Assembly (NCBI GenBank): GCA_020137815.1
Contig: CM035362.1
Location: 2,418,001 to 2,482,000, forward strand
Direction: 5' to 3'
Length of the DNA: 64,000 bases
DNA from: Hormiphora californensis
Taxonomy: Eukaryota > Animalia > Ctenophora
Positions within the stretch are counted from its first letter, which is position 1, and each line of letters opens with the position of its first letter. Below, one piece after another: positions 1 to 64,000 of the stretch. The notes beneath the pieces are model-generated. The model made no database searches, was not told the DNA's origin, and saw only the letters and a program-made list of their open reading frames with translations. Both the position numbers and the translations under genes were made by a program.

Positions 1-64000
<64,000 letters not shown>

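Overview
Eukaryotic genomic DNA, most likely from a ctenophore such as Pleurobrachia. This is an inference from the dense short GT-AG introns, the nested antisense genes, the 109-bp MITE and a domain type I associate with ctenophores; it was not checked against a database. The whole window is the interior of one giant + strand gene with well over 100 short exons. It encodes a type I membrane protein: a very long ectodomain of Cys-rich GCC2/GCC3 (ephrin-receptor-like) repeats (1 to about 51 kb), a furin-type RRRRKR site, a juxtamembrane domain, one TM helix (about 54.3-54.5 kb), and a cytoplasmic tail with coiled-coil and Pro/Gly hairpin repeats that runs off the 3' end. Five complete protein-coding genes sit antisense in its larger introns: a secreted Sushi-domain protein, a GPI-anchored Cys-rich protein, an intronless mini-DBF4-like gene, a class-A GPCR and an acidic orphan. 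The introns also carry an ORF1-only LINE-like insertion, a 1.64-kb near-perfect palindrome with CAC..GTG ends, seven copies of a hAT-type MITE, and several other MITEs. An exon block at 2.0-7.3 kb is duplicated, probably as two haplotypes joined by the assembly. The most striking unexplained pattern is that at least 15 intronic minisatellites are tandem copies of the exon-intron junction itself, forming arrays of decoy splice sites. Other intronic repeats are built from canonical transcription-factor motifs (X-box, CArG, E-box). Most entries in the ORF track are exon fragments or repeat artefacts.
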